Shown in pieces: positions 11,903 through 24,889 of a stretch of 64,000 nucleotides of DNA. The notes beneath the pieces were generated by a model. The model saw nothing but the letters and a program-made list of their open reading frames with translations. It searched no databases and was not told the origin of the DNA. A program made the position numbers and the translations under genes. Each line of letters begins with the position of its first letter. The stretch's first letter is position 1. Source of the stretch: Amoeboaphelidium protococcarum X5 (lineage: Eukaryota; Fungi; Aphelidiomycota); NCBI GenBank assembly GCA_023515725.1, contig JALDTO010000266.1, positions 1,279,580 through 1,343,579 of the forward strand, in the 5' to 3' direction.

Positions 11903-14491
11903 ATGCGCTGGTGGAAGTAATGCTATCTGCTGATATCTTTTGCTGCTACCAATGTTGCAAGCTAAAACAGCACAACTTTGCTGTTAAATGCTACCACTTC
12001 TGCCCTAGTAAATATTACATCATCCACCATATCAAATCAGGCATCAAGTACTGCATTGGTAAATTTTACATTGTCGTCGTCGCCCGTCAGTGAGCCAAGC
12101 CCATCAAGTGTGATTGAGTTAACATCTTCGACGGTGGAGAGTTAAAGCTTGACATATACCACATCTACCTCAATGGAAAGCTCATCCACGTCCATATAGC
12201 CTGCATAGTAGAGCTCATCTGCTCCTTCCATCACGACCGTGCCAACTACTGCATCATCGCATGTTCTCTTCGGATTATAATCTACCGTTACGCACTCCTC
12301 GGCAACTATGACCAATCGTAATGGGTTAATAGGTGAACAAGGTGTGGCCACGGCACAATAGAATGTCCCGTTGGATGTCAACATGTAGAATGCTATCAAC
12401 ACTGGACGATTCTTTTTGACGAATTTTGGTAATCTATCAAACTCTATCCCAGTGACTATAGTGTCCACTTGCCTCGGATTCATTCTCATCTATGCCGTTA
12501 TGCAATGGAGAAATCGTGCCCAGATCCAGAAAGAGGTCAATAAGTACAAGAATCAGATGAAGTCTAAGCAGTAGCAACAATAAACAACTACCACCACTGG
12601 TGGTGCATCTGACTAATAGTAGATTGTCATGTAAAGTGCGACTATGCCAATGTCAGCTTATTCCAATACTGGAGGTAACACGTAGCCTTTGAGTAATTTT
12701 GGCCAAGGTTAGACATCTGCTACATTACCTTTGAACGGTAATACTGCTGGGGGATTTTAAAGTTAGCCTGTGACATAGGTTGGAAATTATGCTACAATGG
12801 GTGGCAACAATGGACTTTTCAATGGGTAACAGTAGTAATAGCAACAACAGCAGTAGTTTGGGTTCAACTCCACATCCATGCCAATAGGCTCACGTCCAAT
12901 TAGCGTTATGCAAGGCTCCGCTGTCAATCCACTGGCTCAGCAGATGAATGGCTCTAACATGAATACACAGACTGGATTTGCGTTTAATGTAAACTTCAAT
13001 GGAGCAGGAGTCGGGTATCAGATGGACCCAAATGCTCCGTATATGTTTGCTGAGGGATAGAATCAGACGTAATAGCATGGTATATTTGGCGATGAAGCGG
13101 AGGATGAAAGGACAGACATTGGGCCGTAGCAATTGTAGAATCCCGCTGATCCGACATCGTATGTTAGTGCGGAAGCTACTGCATTTGCATTGCCTGGCTT
13201 TCTGTAATTGAATTTTAGTGACGATCTTCGTCTGAAGGGCAAATTTTCTGAAGGTGGTGGTGGTGTGATTTACAAGGCACAACTATTGAATCAGGACTTT
13301 TGTCTAAAGTTTGGCGTGGAGGCTGTCGTGGTAAAAGTGTTAAAGCCTCTGCCGCATATGGCCTTCTCTGAGTTAAAGACGCTGGTGTACCAGGAAATTG
13401 CAATCATGTAATCTCTGTCCCATCACCCAAATATCATTACATTGATTGGGTTCACTGATGAACCGCTATCCATTGTGATGAAGCAGTACGATCGTAACTT
13501 GTTCTCCCTGGTCATGTCATTGCCAGAGTATGCCGCAAATGCATCAGAGTTTGAAGCTCTGAAGTCTTTCGTTAAGACCGATTCTAAGCTCAAGAAGGGC
13601 CTTATTGTGAAAGGATTTGAGATGTTACCGGAGATTGCTCTTCACATTTCGTGGGGAATTGCAGCCGGCATGAATGAGATGCATCATGTGGGAATATTGC
13701 ATCGTGATCTTAAGAGTGCCAACGTGTTATTGGAGTTTAAGGCTAGCGCTCTTACCGGCGAGAAGCCTGTATGGTAGACTGATCCCTCTCTAGCAGCCAT
13801 GGCCAACAAGATCAGTGGATCATTTGGTTAAAATGCTCTTGCCGGTGGTGTCGGTTGGGGCCAAGATTCTCAAGGAAGACCATTCTGTCCTGTGAATCCC
13901 GTGGTGTGTGACTTTGGTCTCGCCAAAGTTATCAAGAAGAATCCGAATGAGTCCGCTGCAGTTAAGGGCATGAAGGAGACTTCCGCTGTTGGTATTTCGT
14001 ATCGTTATGCTGCACCGGAGGCGTTCAATCGTATGTACCATAAGACTGGCGGTGTAAATGATGAAGGAAAGCCAGTTGATGTGTATGCTTTTGCAGTAAT
14101 GGTTTGGGAGCTGCTTGAGAGAAAGGTTCCATTCCACAAGCTATCGAACAAAGAAGTCGAGGCCAAGGTCAGAGGTGGTGAGCGTCCTGCAATAAGCCCC
14201 TAGTATAAGGTTGATGGTAAGCCATATGAAGGGAACCGTCATTACACTTTAATCACGAAGCTGATTGACATTTGTTGGCGCCAAGATCCAAGAGAAAGAC
14301 CCAGCTTTTATGAAATCAAGTAGAAGCTGAAGCCTTTCTGGCTTGGATTTAAAGATCCTAAAGATTTTGGCAATCCCATGACACAAACCATGACAGCTTT
14401 GAGTGGGACGGTTCCTTTACAGCGAACAACTTCAATGATGCAGGCTCCTAATAGTTAGAAGATGGGCAAGACTTAAACTTCATTTTTGTGA
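11903..14491 (+). CDS. Receptor-like TKL-type protein kinase, 862 aa (signal peptide, Ser/Thr-rich ectodomain, TM, Gln-rich juxtamembrane region, kinase)
   Basis: One frame under code 6 joins the ORFs at 12878, 13208, 13442 and 13892. EGGGGVIYKA, VVVK, HRDLKSANVLL, DFG, YAAPE, DVYAFAVMVWE, CW..DPRERPSF; TM 'IPVTIVSTCLGFILIYAVMQW'. Confidence 0.92.
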
Positions 14492-14574
14492 TTAAATAGA
14501 GATCAAAATCAATTATATCACGATAAGGCAAGTTCATACAATAATTCTTCACTATTAAATTCAATTTATTATCA

Positions 14575-16406
14575 TCACTATCGTTTCTTGCATTCATGGT
14601 CATAACGCTCATGATACCATGAACATATTTTACAAATCCAACTGGCATTTCCATGTCTTACAAAATCATTTTTGTGTAGATTGATGAATGGCTAATTGAA
14701 CTTTATGAGAAACTTATCATCCAAATCCTTGCGCTGACCTCTTGCAGACGGTGTAAGCCGCCAGTCAAAATAAGACTCCCAGTACTTTTGATCAGTCGAA
14801 AGTTTATAGATCAACTTTGCCATATTTCGCGGCTCTGGATAATCCCAACCATTAATGACGTTTGGTCGATCATGCGGATAATACTGAGGAGTGCGCAATT
14901 TGGATTTCACCATGCCGCTCTTTATATTCCCAGCTTCATCCATTAGGAACTCATCAGCGTCTGGCGTGGGACCAAAATGAATAGCAACAGACTCACTGCC
15001 AACACCTTCGTAATATTTTTCACTAAGGTAGCCGTGCAGCAAGGAGTTTTCAAACGTGAGAAAAACCTTATAATGATCAATCATCTCTCGCTTTACCACG
15101 CCACCACGAGACTCTCCAGTTTTTCGCTTGCGTGGATAATATTGCGGGAAACGTTTAGGTGCATCACCTGTCAAATTGAACTTCCACTACCACTTAAATC
15201 CATGATGCGTAACTTCACCAACTGGCCATCCATCGCCGTCATTCTCCTAGTACCTACCCAAGCCTGGCTCACACCCACCAAAACTATCCACCCTCAGACC
15301 AAAACCGTGAGGTGGAGGCCTGGCCAGCATGGGAATCAGAACCTCCAAATACTTTGTTCTCCAGATATCGCCACAATTAGAAATAAAAAGAGCCACATCT
15401 CCACCACGCCAGTCAAGAGGAGTCTCGACATCCTCCCGGGGAAGAGAGGCAAAGTACTAAGCTTTATCAAAGATTGGGTAATGTGTCAGCTTGAATCTGT
15501 CAGTGAGTTCCCTGATCACTTTGTCTTCATACTCTCGCTCATTCACGTACTCGATATCGCTAAGAGCACTGCCATAAGCATAAGAGACGGGAATATCGTT
15601 TTTATCATCATCCTCCACCGAATAACTCAACATCAGTTCAGCCTGGCCAAGAATACGTTCTCCAAAAATCTGATTGAGGAACAGGGTTCGCATATGATCT
15701 TCCGCGTAATTGACTCCAACATGCGGCTCAGTGTACAACGCGGCCATAACTTGGTGTGACAAAGGCTTGACGTAATCTCTACCATCCCCAGAAAAGTACC
15801 AATGACTCCAAATAATATCGGCATCTTTTTTCTTCTCTACATCATTGTGGAATCGACACGGAACATTGCATTGATCCGTCCACAGCCTTTGACTTTGATC
15901 ATCATCAAAATGCATATGACCCCAAATGTTGGGACCGTTCGAATAAATCGTGATGGGATTCTTTGCTGATCTCTTAGTTTTCAGCACCGACTTGCTCCCC
16001 GCTGGGCAAGAGTATAATTGTTACAATTTCTGCTTTCTCAGTTTTAATACCTTCTGATAAACCTGATCGCGTTTCAGCTAGAATCTCATGTCAGTCAGCA
16101 GATTGTCAATTTTCTGAATTTCTTCAGCCGACAGTTTCAGATCAGGGACAGATTTTAGATCAACAGCACGATATTGTGCAGATGAAGATGGACTCTTAGT
16201 CTTATCTGAGCTAAACTTTCCATTTTGAGATGCCTGATCAGATCTAGACTATTGCACTGGTGATGAGCTCATCTGAACTAGTGCCAGCTGTATCATTAAG
16301 AAGAGAGCCACAACCAGCAAGATGACTACAAAAGAATCAAAATAATGATATTAGAATTATAATGTATCTAAATCTTACCCAAAAACGAAGATTTATACTA
16401 CCCCAT
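14575..16406 (-). CDS. Alpha-1,3/4-fucosyltransferase (GT10), type II membrane protein; intron 16326-16378
   Basis: GT10 motifs 'ALFISNC', 'VDSFGGC', 'YKVFLTFENSLLHGYLSEKYY...VAIHFG' and terminal 'WICKIC'; N-terminal TM after splicing. Confidence 0.88.
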
Positions 16407-17090
16407 CACAAATCAACTTAAGTTATTAATAAAGGAGATGGTGAATAATAATCAATAATTTAATAGCAAAAATGTTATGCAATTACGATAAGAAATGATG
16501 ATAGTTTGTGATGAAGGATACTAAACGGGCCATTGTTTGATCAAATCACAGTGAAACAGCTGTCGTCAACGTAACGAATTTACATTAGCAAGGCAGTTCC
16601 CGTTATAAGTGGTAAATAATCTTTCGGATTAAAGTGAGGAACTTCTTAAATGTACACTCACATTTATATAATTTTTTTACAGTGTAATTCTTCTGAATGA
16701 TAATCCGCACAACGTACGATAGTTTAAAGCATTGTCCAGTTCGCATTCACAATTATATCCACGAAAACTTCAGCCACACGCACTATCAAACTGCGCTATT
16801 CTAAAGATTCCCAAATATAAGGGCTTCAACTGATTATAAACAACCTCACAAGCTGTGCGTAGTTAATGAGTGCTTCCAAAACGCACAGTAACACCCAGCT
16901 TCTAGGTGATCTCGCGAGATTCTTATTGTCTCTAGCACATGAGCGAGGGTTCTCTCTCAGTAAAGTTCTTCTTGTTGTTTTTCTTATTCTTTCTCCTTTC
17001 TCCTTTCTCTTCACAATTGGAACGCGTCACTTATTCAAACGGAATAACAACATTCAGTGTGCAATTTCAAAAGTATTTTTAAGCAGGATA

Positions 17091-20000
17091 ATGAAGTAGA
17101 AGTTTAGTGCGTTGGATATCAAGGCTGCTACGGTGGAGTTGTAGAAGTTGGTAGGGCTCAGGTTGCAGAACATGTATGATGTTAATTCAAGGACATTTTT
17201 GTTGAAATTTGCCAAGCCTGACGTTAAGGAATCTGTGCTGGTGGAGAGCGGTTCTCGTATACATTTGACAGATTTTATCAGAGATAAGAGTACAGTACCG
17301 TCATCACTTTGTATGAAATTGAGGAAGCATTTGCGTACTAAACGTCTGAGTGCTGTGCGACAGTTGGGCATTGATCGTATCGTTGATTTCGAGTTTGGCT
17401 TTGGTGAGGCTACTTATCATTTGATCTGCGAGTTTTATGCTGCTGGTAATGTCATACTGACTGATGGTGACTACATGACCCTGGCTATTTTGCGACCCGT
17501 TACTCCAGATAATGATGAGGGTGTCCGTTATGCTGTCGGTGAATTGTACGATATCAGTAGAGTGACTAGTATAAAGCCGCTTAGTATGGATAGAGTGATA
17601 GATGCTTTATTGGATAGCAGTCATAAAGATTAGTTAAAGAAAGCACTTGGTAATAAATTGGAGTTCTCTTCAGTTGTTGTGGAGCATTGTCTTGTACTCG
17701 CTGGCATCCAGCCAAATTCTAAAGTATCAACAGTTGTTTAGAGTGGACAGGTTGTTGATAAGCAGTTGCTCAGCCAGATTTATGAAAGCCTCAAATAAGC
17801 CGAGTCTGTATTTTAGCAGGTTGGTACACAGCCTCGTGGGTATATTATGATGAACAGAATTGAGATTGCGTCCACTCAAAATGGCGCCGGACCACAAGCT
17901 ACGAATCTTATTCCGGATCCGAATGATTCCAATTATCTACTGGCATTTGAAGAATTTCATCCATACAAGTTTAGATAGTTTGAAGAGAAGGGATACTTTA
18001 TCAAGGAGTTGGAATCTTTTAATTTGGCTGCAGATTAATTCTTCAGTTCTATTGAATCTCAAAAAATTGAGCTCAAGTCTAGAGCACAAGAAGATTAAGC
18101 ATTAAAGAAGATTGCGTCTGCCAAGTAGGAATAGCTGTAAAGAATCAAGGGATTGTAATAGGCACAGACAGATAGTGAGCGAATGGCTTAGCTGATTGAA
18201 ATGAATTTAGATGATGTGGATCGTGCCATTCTAGTGATTAGAAGTGCTATTGCTTCAGGTATGGATTGGACATCGCTGAAAGATTTAGTCAAGGAAGAGT
18301 AGTTGAAATAGAATCCTGTGGCTTTGATGATTGATGGTCTCAAATTGGAATAGAATCAAATTACATTGCTGTTGAGAGAGCCTGATTTTGATTTAAAATA
18401 CGGATTTGAGGATAGTGACGATGAAGAAGATAAAGAGTAATCAGGCAGAGATAAAGACATTGTCAAAATTGATGTTGATATATCTTTATCCGCTTATGCC
18501 AATGCTAGAAGATATTTTGAGAGCAAGAAGTTGAATGCAGTCAAGGAGGAGAGGACGGTGATTGCGGCAGAGAAAGTTGTCAAATTGACAGAGAAGAAGG
18601 TTTAAAAGGAGTTGTAGAAGAAGGTGCAAGTAGCTGCGTCTATAACCCGTATGAGGAAGCCGTTCTGGTTTGAGAAGTTTAATTGGTTTATAACTACTGA
18701 GAATTACCTGGTTCTTGGTGGAAAAGACGCGTAGTAAAATGAAATGCTTGTGAAGAAGCATCTTAAACCAGGTGATGTATATTTTCATGCTGATATTCCA
18801 GGTAGTAGTTCTGTCATTGTGAAGAACTCTCAACCTGATCAGGAAATTCCTCTGGCCACACTTATGCAGGCGAGTCAGATGACTATCGTGTACTCTAAAG
18901 CTTGGGATGCTAAAGTGGTTACATCTGCGTTCTGGGTGCGGCATGATTAGGTGTCAAAGACTGCTCCATCTGGTGAGTATCTGGTTACTGGTAGTTTTAT
19001 GATTAGAGGTAAGAAGAACTATATGCCACCTAATTAGCTTGTCTACGGTCTTGGCCTGCTCTTTAAAGTGGCAGATGAAAGTATACCAAGGCATTTTGAA
19101 GAGAGACGGCCATATTTGCGTGGCAACGTCGAAGAGGAGTCTTTATCTGCGGGCGTTGATGCGTAAGATGATGATGGCGGTAATAGTATTGTCAATTCAG
19201 TGTTTAAGGATGATAGATCAAGTGTCGCCGCTAGTTATATGGAGCAGTAGATGGAGAAGTACAATTTGGATGATGTCGAGCAAGAGCCAGCTACTTTGAA
19301 TCCCTTCATTGAAGATTTGCTCAAAAAAGAGCAAGAAAAGTCTTAAAAGCAGAAGCAATAGTAGTCCGGTAAGAATAAAAATAAAAGTTAGAGAGGTGGT
19401 GATAATTAAAGAGTTGAGTCTAAACAAGCCGAAAGTTCTTCGAATCAGTAATAGAAACAAGGCTCCCCAGGCAAATAGAATGGCGCTAAATCTTAAGCAG
19501 GTTCTAGTAATAAGTTACCAAGAGGGAAGAAGAGTAAATTAAGAAAGATTAAAGAAAAGTATGGTGATCAAGATGAAGATGAACGGAAGGAGAAAATGAA
19601 GCTGTTAGCATCGGCTGGTACTAAAGATTCTACAGATAGTGATGATTAAGATGTTTAAGATTTTCGTGCACAGTCTGCAAGAAGTGAGAATGAAAAGGAT
19701 CAAGAGCCAGAGGAAGTGAATAAGGATACAATGATGCCTAATGTTTAGGACGAAGATTACTTGGAAGAAGAGTAAAAAGAGATTGAGCGGCTAAATGCTG
19801 AAGAGAATATTTAGACTCTGGAGACTGAGCAGATGGAAAATCTCTCTTTGTTAGATTGTCTGACTGGGCAGCCTCATGAAGATGACATTATCCTCAATGC
19901 TATTCCGGTTTGCGCACCTTACATCACTCTGCAAGCTTACAAATACAAAGTGAAGCTACTTCCAGGAAATCTGAAGAAAGGCAAAGCCGCCTAGTCTATA

Positions 20001-20165
20001 TTGCACTAGTTTCTTAATAGTAAAGCGTTTGTACTCACCGAGAAGGAGAAAGACGCCATTAAAGCTATGCCAGACACGGAATTGACGCAGACAGTTCTCG
20101 GCAAGGTAAGAATCGCAGGTGTGGATGATGAAAAGAAGGGCAAGTCGCGCGGTAAACGAAAATGA
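17091..20165 (+). CDS. RQC2: Ribosome quality control factor Rqc2/Tae2 (NEMF, NFACT)
   Basis: MKQKFSALDI start, '[22 protein letters not shown]', 'WFEKFNWF', 'GGKDAQQNE', 'HADIPGSSS', '[24 protein letters not shown]', 'PVCAPY...[10 protein letters not shown]'. Confidence 0.96.
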
Positions 20166-20364
20166 ATTATAATCACATACAGTACTACACTTAATATGCA
20201 TTCTTCTACATTGACATTTGTCCATTATAAATTTGGTTTTGATTCAAGCACTTCAATATCGCGTCTCATAACATTCGTCACCGGAAACAAGGGGCCATTG
20301 ATTCGTTTTCTATCCAACGCTGAGAGTTTGTAAATAGGTATCATTCCTTGTACAGATATCTAAA

Positions 20365-20610
20365 ATGAGTAAATTATCGTAATTGAATGACAAGCATGTA
20401 ATTGTATAGCTGCCTGAATAGAGTAATGTCAGTTTGAGTGATGCAAGGATTCTTGGCGTTGACACTGATCGACCAATCTTGATCCATAAAGATGGTATCA
20501 TGATTGGATAATATCTGCAGCAAATCAACACTTCACTTGTTTATAATGGAAAAGAGAATGAATGCAAGACTGATATAATTTTGAAATTCACTTAATTGAA
20601 GTAGCAATGA
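20365..20610 (+). CDS. TFIIIC subunit 6-like (tau55/Sfc7 triple-barrel domain) small protein, 81 aa
   Basis: 'ARILGVDTDRPILI...IGQYLQQINTSLVY' matches the TFIIIC_sub6 pattern (I.GLDT..P.L.....F.G.Y....GT.L.F); missed by the ORF track. Confidence 0.6.
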
Positions 20611-20669
20611 TGGAGCTTAAATGAGAATAGAAAATGTAAAATAAACTGTATTAGAGTCAAAGTACATAC

Positions 20670-21653
20670 TCAGTCTTCCTTGTAAACTTCCTCGATCACT
20701 ACGACTTCATTTTCTTTGATGTGATCTTTAATGGTCGCATTAATGTCAAAGACACGTCTAGGAAATGGAGATACCACTTGCAGCTCTTGTACATTGTCCA
20801 AATGAAGCGATATCGCATAATTGTGAATCTCTTTTATCAATGAATTTCTATTGAATCTGCGCGACTGTTTGGCACCACTGGGAAGCCTCAACAGGATTCT
20901 AATGGCATCGGGATTGTCCGCAGATGGCTCATCCGACACCGTTTCACTAATCAGACGCCGTCGACGCAACGTTTCAGACTTCTCCTTCTCCTTCTCTTGT
21001 TCCATGCGCTCGCTCTCACGCCGGACGCGTTCCTTCTCGCGATCTATCCGCAGTGATCGTTCATACGCCTGCTCTTGCTCTTCCCTCAACTGCCGTTCCA
21101 CTTGACGCGCCTACAACTGTTGTCTCGCAACGACCATAAATGGAGAAAATTCCTCTACTGCACTTTAGATTTCCCGTTACATCCACTCTGCAGTCACAAC
21201 ATCTTTATCATCATCATGGTGCGAGTAGTCTAATTTACGCAAAATTTGCACTTTGTTTTCGATATAAGCTACACAGGTAATACACGGATATGCTTCAATC
21301 TGTAACTACTCGGCAATCATCCATCCTTGGCCAGTACCAGCATCAACTACCATCATTAATACTTCATCAGAGTTAAATTTATCAGGCAACTTTGAGAACA
21401 ATTGCAAACACTTTTGTGATGAGTCCACACTATCATTATGGAATAGAATGAATAGAAACTTGAGATCACTTTTGCATTTCTGTATTGCTTCATTATATCC
21501 ACCAGTAAAGGGTGAGGGATTATCCAATTAGAGCGCGGGCCTTGCGTACAATCTCAAAAGCAGCAGCGTGTCCAAAAATGGCTTCAACGGTCCCAAAGGA
21601 AGAGATTAGTATATGTTCCACAAGTACTAAGCAAGTTAATATATTACAGACAT
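20670..21653 (-). CDS. UAS-UBX domain Cdc48/p97 adaptor (FAF2/Ubx-like)
   Basis: 'PFTGGYNEAIQKCKSDLKFLFILFH' (UAS), 'RQLREEQEQAYERSLRIDREK', and UBX 'IRILLRLPSG...RRF...FPRRVF'. Confidence 0.9.
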
Positions 21654-22565
21654 GATCAATTTTAATGTTGAGAGTTAATGCAGATAAACTTTGATTAAAA
21701 TTGTTACTATAACGCAACCGGCAATAAATAAAGTCTTAACGAGAAAAAGCGAGAGGAATCTTTCGGAAATTCGTCAATTTGCTGAGTAATAGCGAGTGTA
21801 CACTTTGAGCCACTTATGTTTCATTGGCAAACTACTAATACATTGCCTAAGATGTTCACTGTAATGTGTCTGATTCAAAGAAAATGATTATTAGTATTGT
21901 CATCATGCTATCGTTTCAAGATCGCAATTCCTCTATCAAGACAATTCACCGTTCTTATTAAAGACCAGCCACATGGCATTATGTTGTTTTATTCTACTAG
22001 CTTCAATCGCATGTACATACAACATGAATGCTTGTAAAAACAGTTCGGTGGGAAGAGTTATTAATGCGCCTTATGGCAATGTCATTGAAAAGAGTATTTG
22101 CAATAGTATATGTTTACATTATTGTATCATCTATTTCTGTTTTGTTCAATTGCTGATACCAAATTTATGATATTGGCAATTGATCAAATGAATATAGATA
22201 ACAAAGTTGTTGTGTTCTTTGGAAATCAGAGTTAAAGTATACGATTAAGTAATTGATTATTTATTCGTACATCATTTGAGTTATCACAATTTATTCTACG
22301 ATCATGTTAAGATCAGTCCATATTACCTGATAGATCATCCACATAAATCATATCTCGTGGGAATCTCTTGGCAATTACACCGGTTACGTGTGACAAGAAC
22401 ACTTGACTTCAACAAAAGTGACAACTGATCTAAATTTGATAATATCTGATCAAGACTTTAGAATAGAAAAGCAGGCGTTACTTTACGCTTCAACCCTTGA
22501 TTAACTCTAGACCCAGGATTTGGTAATCTGGTTTAAGCACGTCGATATTCAGTAGACATCAGGAT

Positions 22566-23430
22566 TCACTGAAACTTCTTCGTCATTTCGCCATTGTTAA
22601 TTTCTTTATATATGCAATTATAAAATACGAATTCTTTGATCAACCTCGCTTTTTTATCGTACGGCAGAGAGGCTCCCGCTTGCCTATAGAACTTCAAAGC
22701 CAGCTCAGTGACAAATTCGTCATTAAACCACTATGAAGTCTATTCACGTTCAGCAGTATAACGTACTTGAAGCAAAGATAGACGCTACTCATAATCAGAG
22801 TAACACTACTCGTTGAAAATCCACTTGCATCTAAATCTTCGTGGATTGTTAGGTAGCATCTTGACGCAGTAAGGTTCCTCCATCAACTTACATCCCAGCC
22901 AGACTCCGCCATGAGCATCCATCCATGCTTAAGCGGCCGCATCTCTAGCCAAGCCTTCTCCCAATCGGGCAATGTGGCTGGCAATCGCTCTACCACCCAG
23001 AGCTCGAGCAGCAAACTTGACAAAACTCCACCTCAGCTAATTAACACTTATCCGAAACTCTACCGTAAAACGAGAGTTGTACGGTAAATGGTTTATTTGA
23101 AAGTAGTTGGATGCATAGTACACCCTTATTTTCTCTCCTGGAAATATTTAAAAGAAAGTAGCATAACGCATCATAGTCTCAGAGGAGGCTCTTGTGTGGA
23201 GAGTTACAAATACTGATTTGTTGTCAATTATTCGCCACAATAGACAGCGCAGAGATCCACTTTCCACACCGAATTTTATATCTATATCTGAGACTGCATC
23301 GTCAGCAATGTCCGCGGCAGTCTTATAGCCACACTTGGCAAGTAGCTGATAAAAAGGAGTTAACTTTGCAGTCCCTACCGTGGCTTCATCGGATGGAAAC
23401 GGCAACCAAAGTAGTTGCTTTGTTGACTTT
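22566..23430 (-). pseudogene. About 280-codon open frame of unknown identity with a frameshifted, stop-interrupted 5' extension to about 23800
   Basis: ORF 23148-23405 extends without TGA to 22566 under code 6. Upstream there is an in-frame TGA and protein-like sequence in another frame. No family recognised. Confidence 0.4.
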
Positions 23431-24371
23431 CAGCCACACAATTTAGAACGCATTAATGTATACTCCTCTGTGACCTCTACTTGCGTGCAGCACTACAACT
23501 GCAGAGAAGCGCTAGTCCATATTGGCTGGAAGATTCCATCCGCTCTGATACAAGCCTGTGGTTCCAAAGATATTCAAAACATCTCTGTCATTATCATTCT
23601 TAAAAACAGCCGCTTGTAAAGAGGCCTTTTTGCATCAAACGGAGGGATGCACTAAGCAGTAAAGTTTCTCCTAAACTTGCAGAATAGACCAATGCTCAGC
23701 GTATCCAATCTTGGGGTAAAACTACAGAGGGACTCTTGGAAACATCAAGCAACTTTCCAAACTTTCCATCAGGATTTATAACTGCAAGCACACATCTTAG
23801 AGTGATATGTGACCTCATGCACCATACAGATAGCTATTCGGAAGTTATAACATAGCGCAAAGGGCTAAAAGCTTGAAGGGTATCTATTCTAATTAGCCAA
23901 CTAACTGAAACTAAACTATAATATAACGGTTTCTGTAACTGTGTTAAATTCAGTCTGACAGGTGGCTAGCAGCCAACTATCCAAAAGAATATACGCACGA
24001 AAGGCGCTGTAATGATCATTCAACTACTTATCGATCAGTTATACTCAGACACAGCGAGTTTGTAGAGTAACCCACTAAATGCTATTATATCGGCAGCCGC
24101 CAAGTACAATGAATATTCCTGAGTCATCGCCGCCAATAGATGAAGTCCCAAAACCAGTTTGAGTGGCGACGCTACTGGTTCATTGTTTCACTGACGACTT
24201 TCACCTCCAGCAGAAAGTGACAGCCGGTGTAAATCGCTGCTTAATAATAGCAAGAACATTAAAATAAATGCGAAGATAAAGATTTACTGTTTCAATTGTA
24301 TCATTATTACACGATAAGATTGCCAATTTTTATTATTATTACTTTGTTAACAGCTAAAGTCATCAGATTAT

Positions 24372-24677
24372 TCACTTCAGGACGCGCATGATATGTGATC
24401 TCTTCACAGCCTGTCTCTTGTCAGTATGCTCATTCAGAATGAGATACTTTGGATGATCAGGATCTGCGTGCACCATTCTCTCTTCATCACCAAAGTCGGA
24501 TGTTCCTTGATTCTCATGCGTAATAATGTCCAACACTTTGCCAACACTATGAGGTCTTTGTCCTCCCCCCACAGCGATATACTCTATCACTTGATTCTTC
24601 TTGATATCGACGTCTGGAGACACGTAATCGTACTCCTTGTTCTTATACTCTTCGCGTTCAACCTCCGTAGCCTTCAT
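24372..24677 (-). CDS. Hva1/TUDOR-like (DUF2945) small protein
   Basis: 'SVGKVLDIIT...VHADPDHPKYLILNEHTDKRQAVKRSHI' fits G.V..I.T...AS.D.P.Y.I....TGK; ATG-to-TGA. Confidence 0.7.
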   Translation of the reverse strand: MKATEVEREEYKNKEYDYVSPDVDIKKNQVIEYIAVGGGQRPHSVGKVLDIITHENQGTSDFGDEERMVHADPDHPKYLILNEHTDKRQAVKRSHIMRVLK

Positions 24678-24889
24678 AATAGATGCAGTTTAACTTTGAT
24701 ACCTTATTCGTATATATTTGTAATAACTTTGAAGATTGCGTGTGAGAAATGAAAGATGTGTTATAGAATGGCAATTTATACGTCAATAAGAGAATATTCA
24801 CCGCGAAATATACACCTGTAACATCGTTGTCTCGTCATAAACGGCAATCGATGGATAATAGATGGTGATTTTACAGTAATACCGCCACG

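Noticed and set aside
14977-15759. Longest ORF in the track (260 aa, + strand) and similar antisense ORFs (e.g. 28409-28915, 39548-39958, 47032-47472)
   Set aside because: Antisense shadows of real genes with no motifs of their own.
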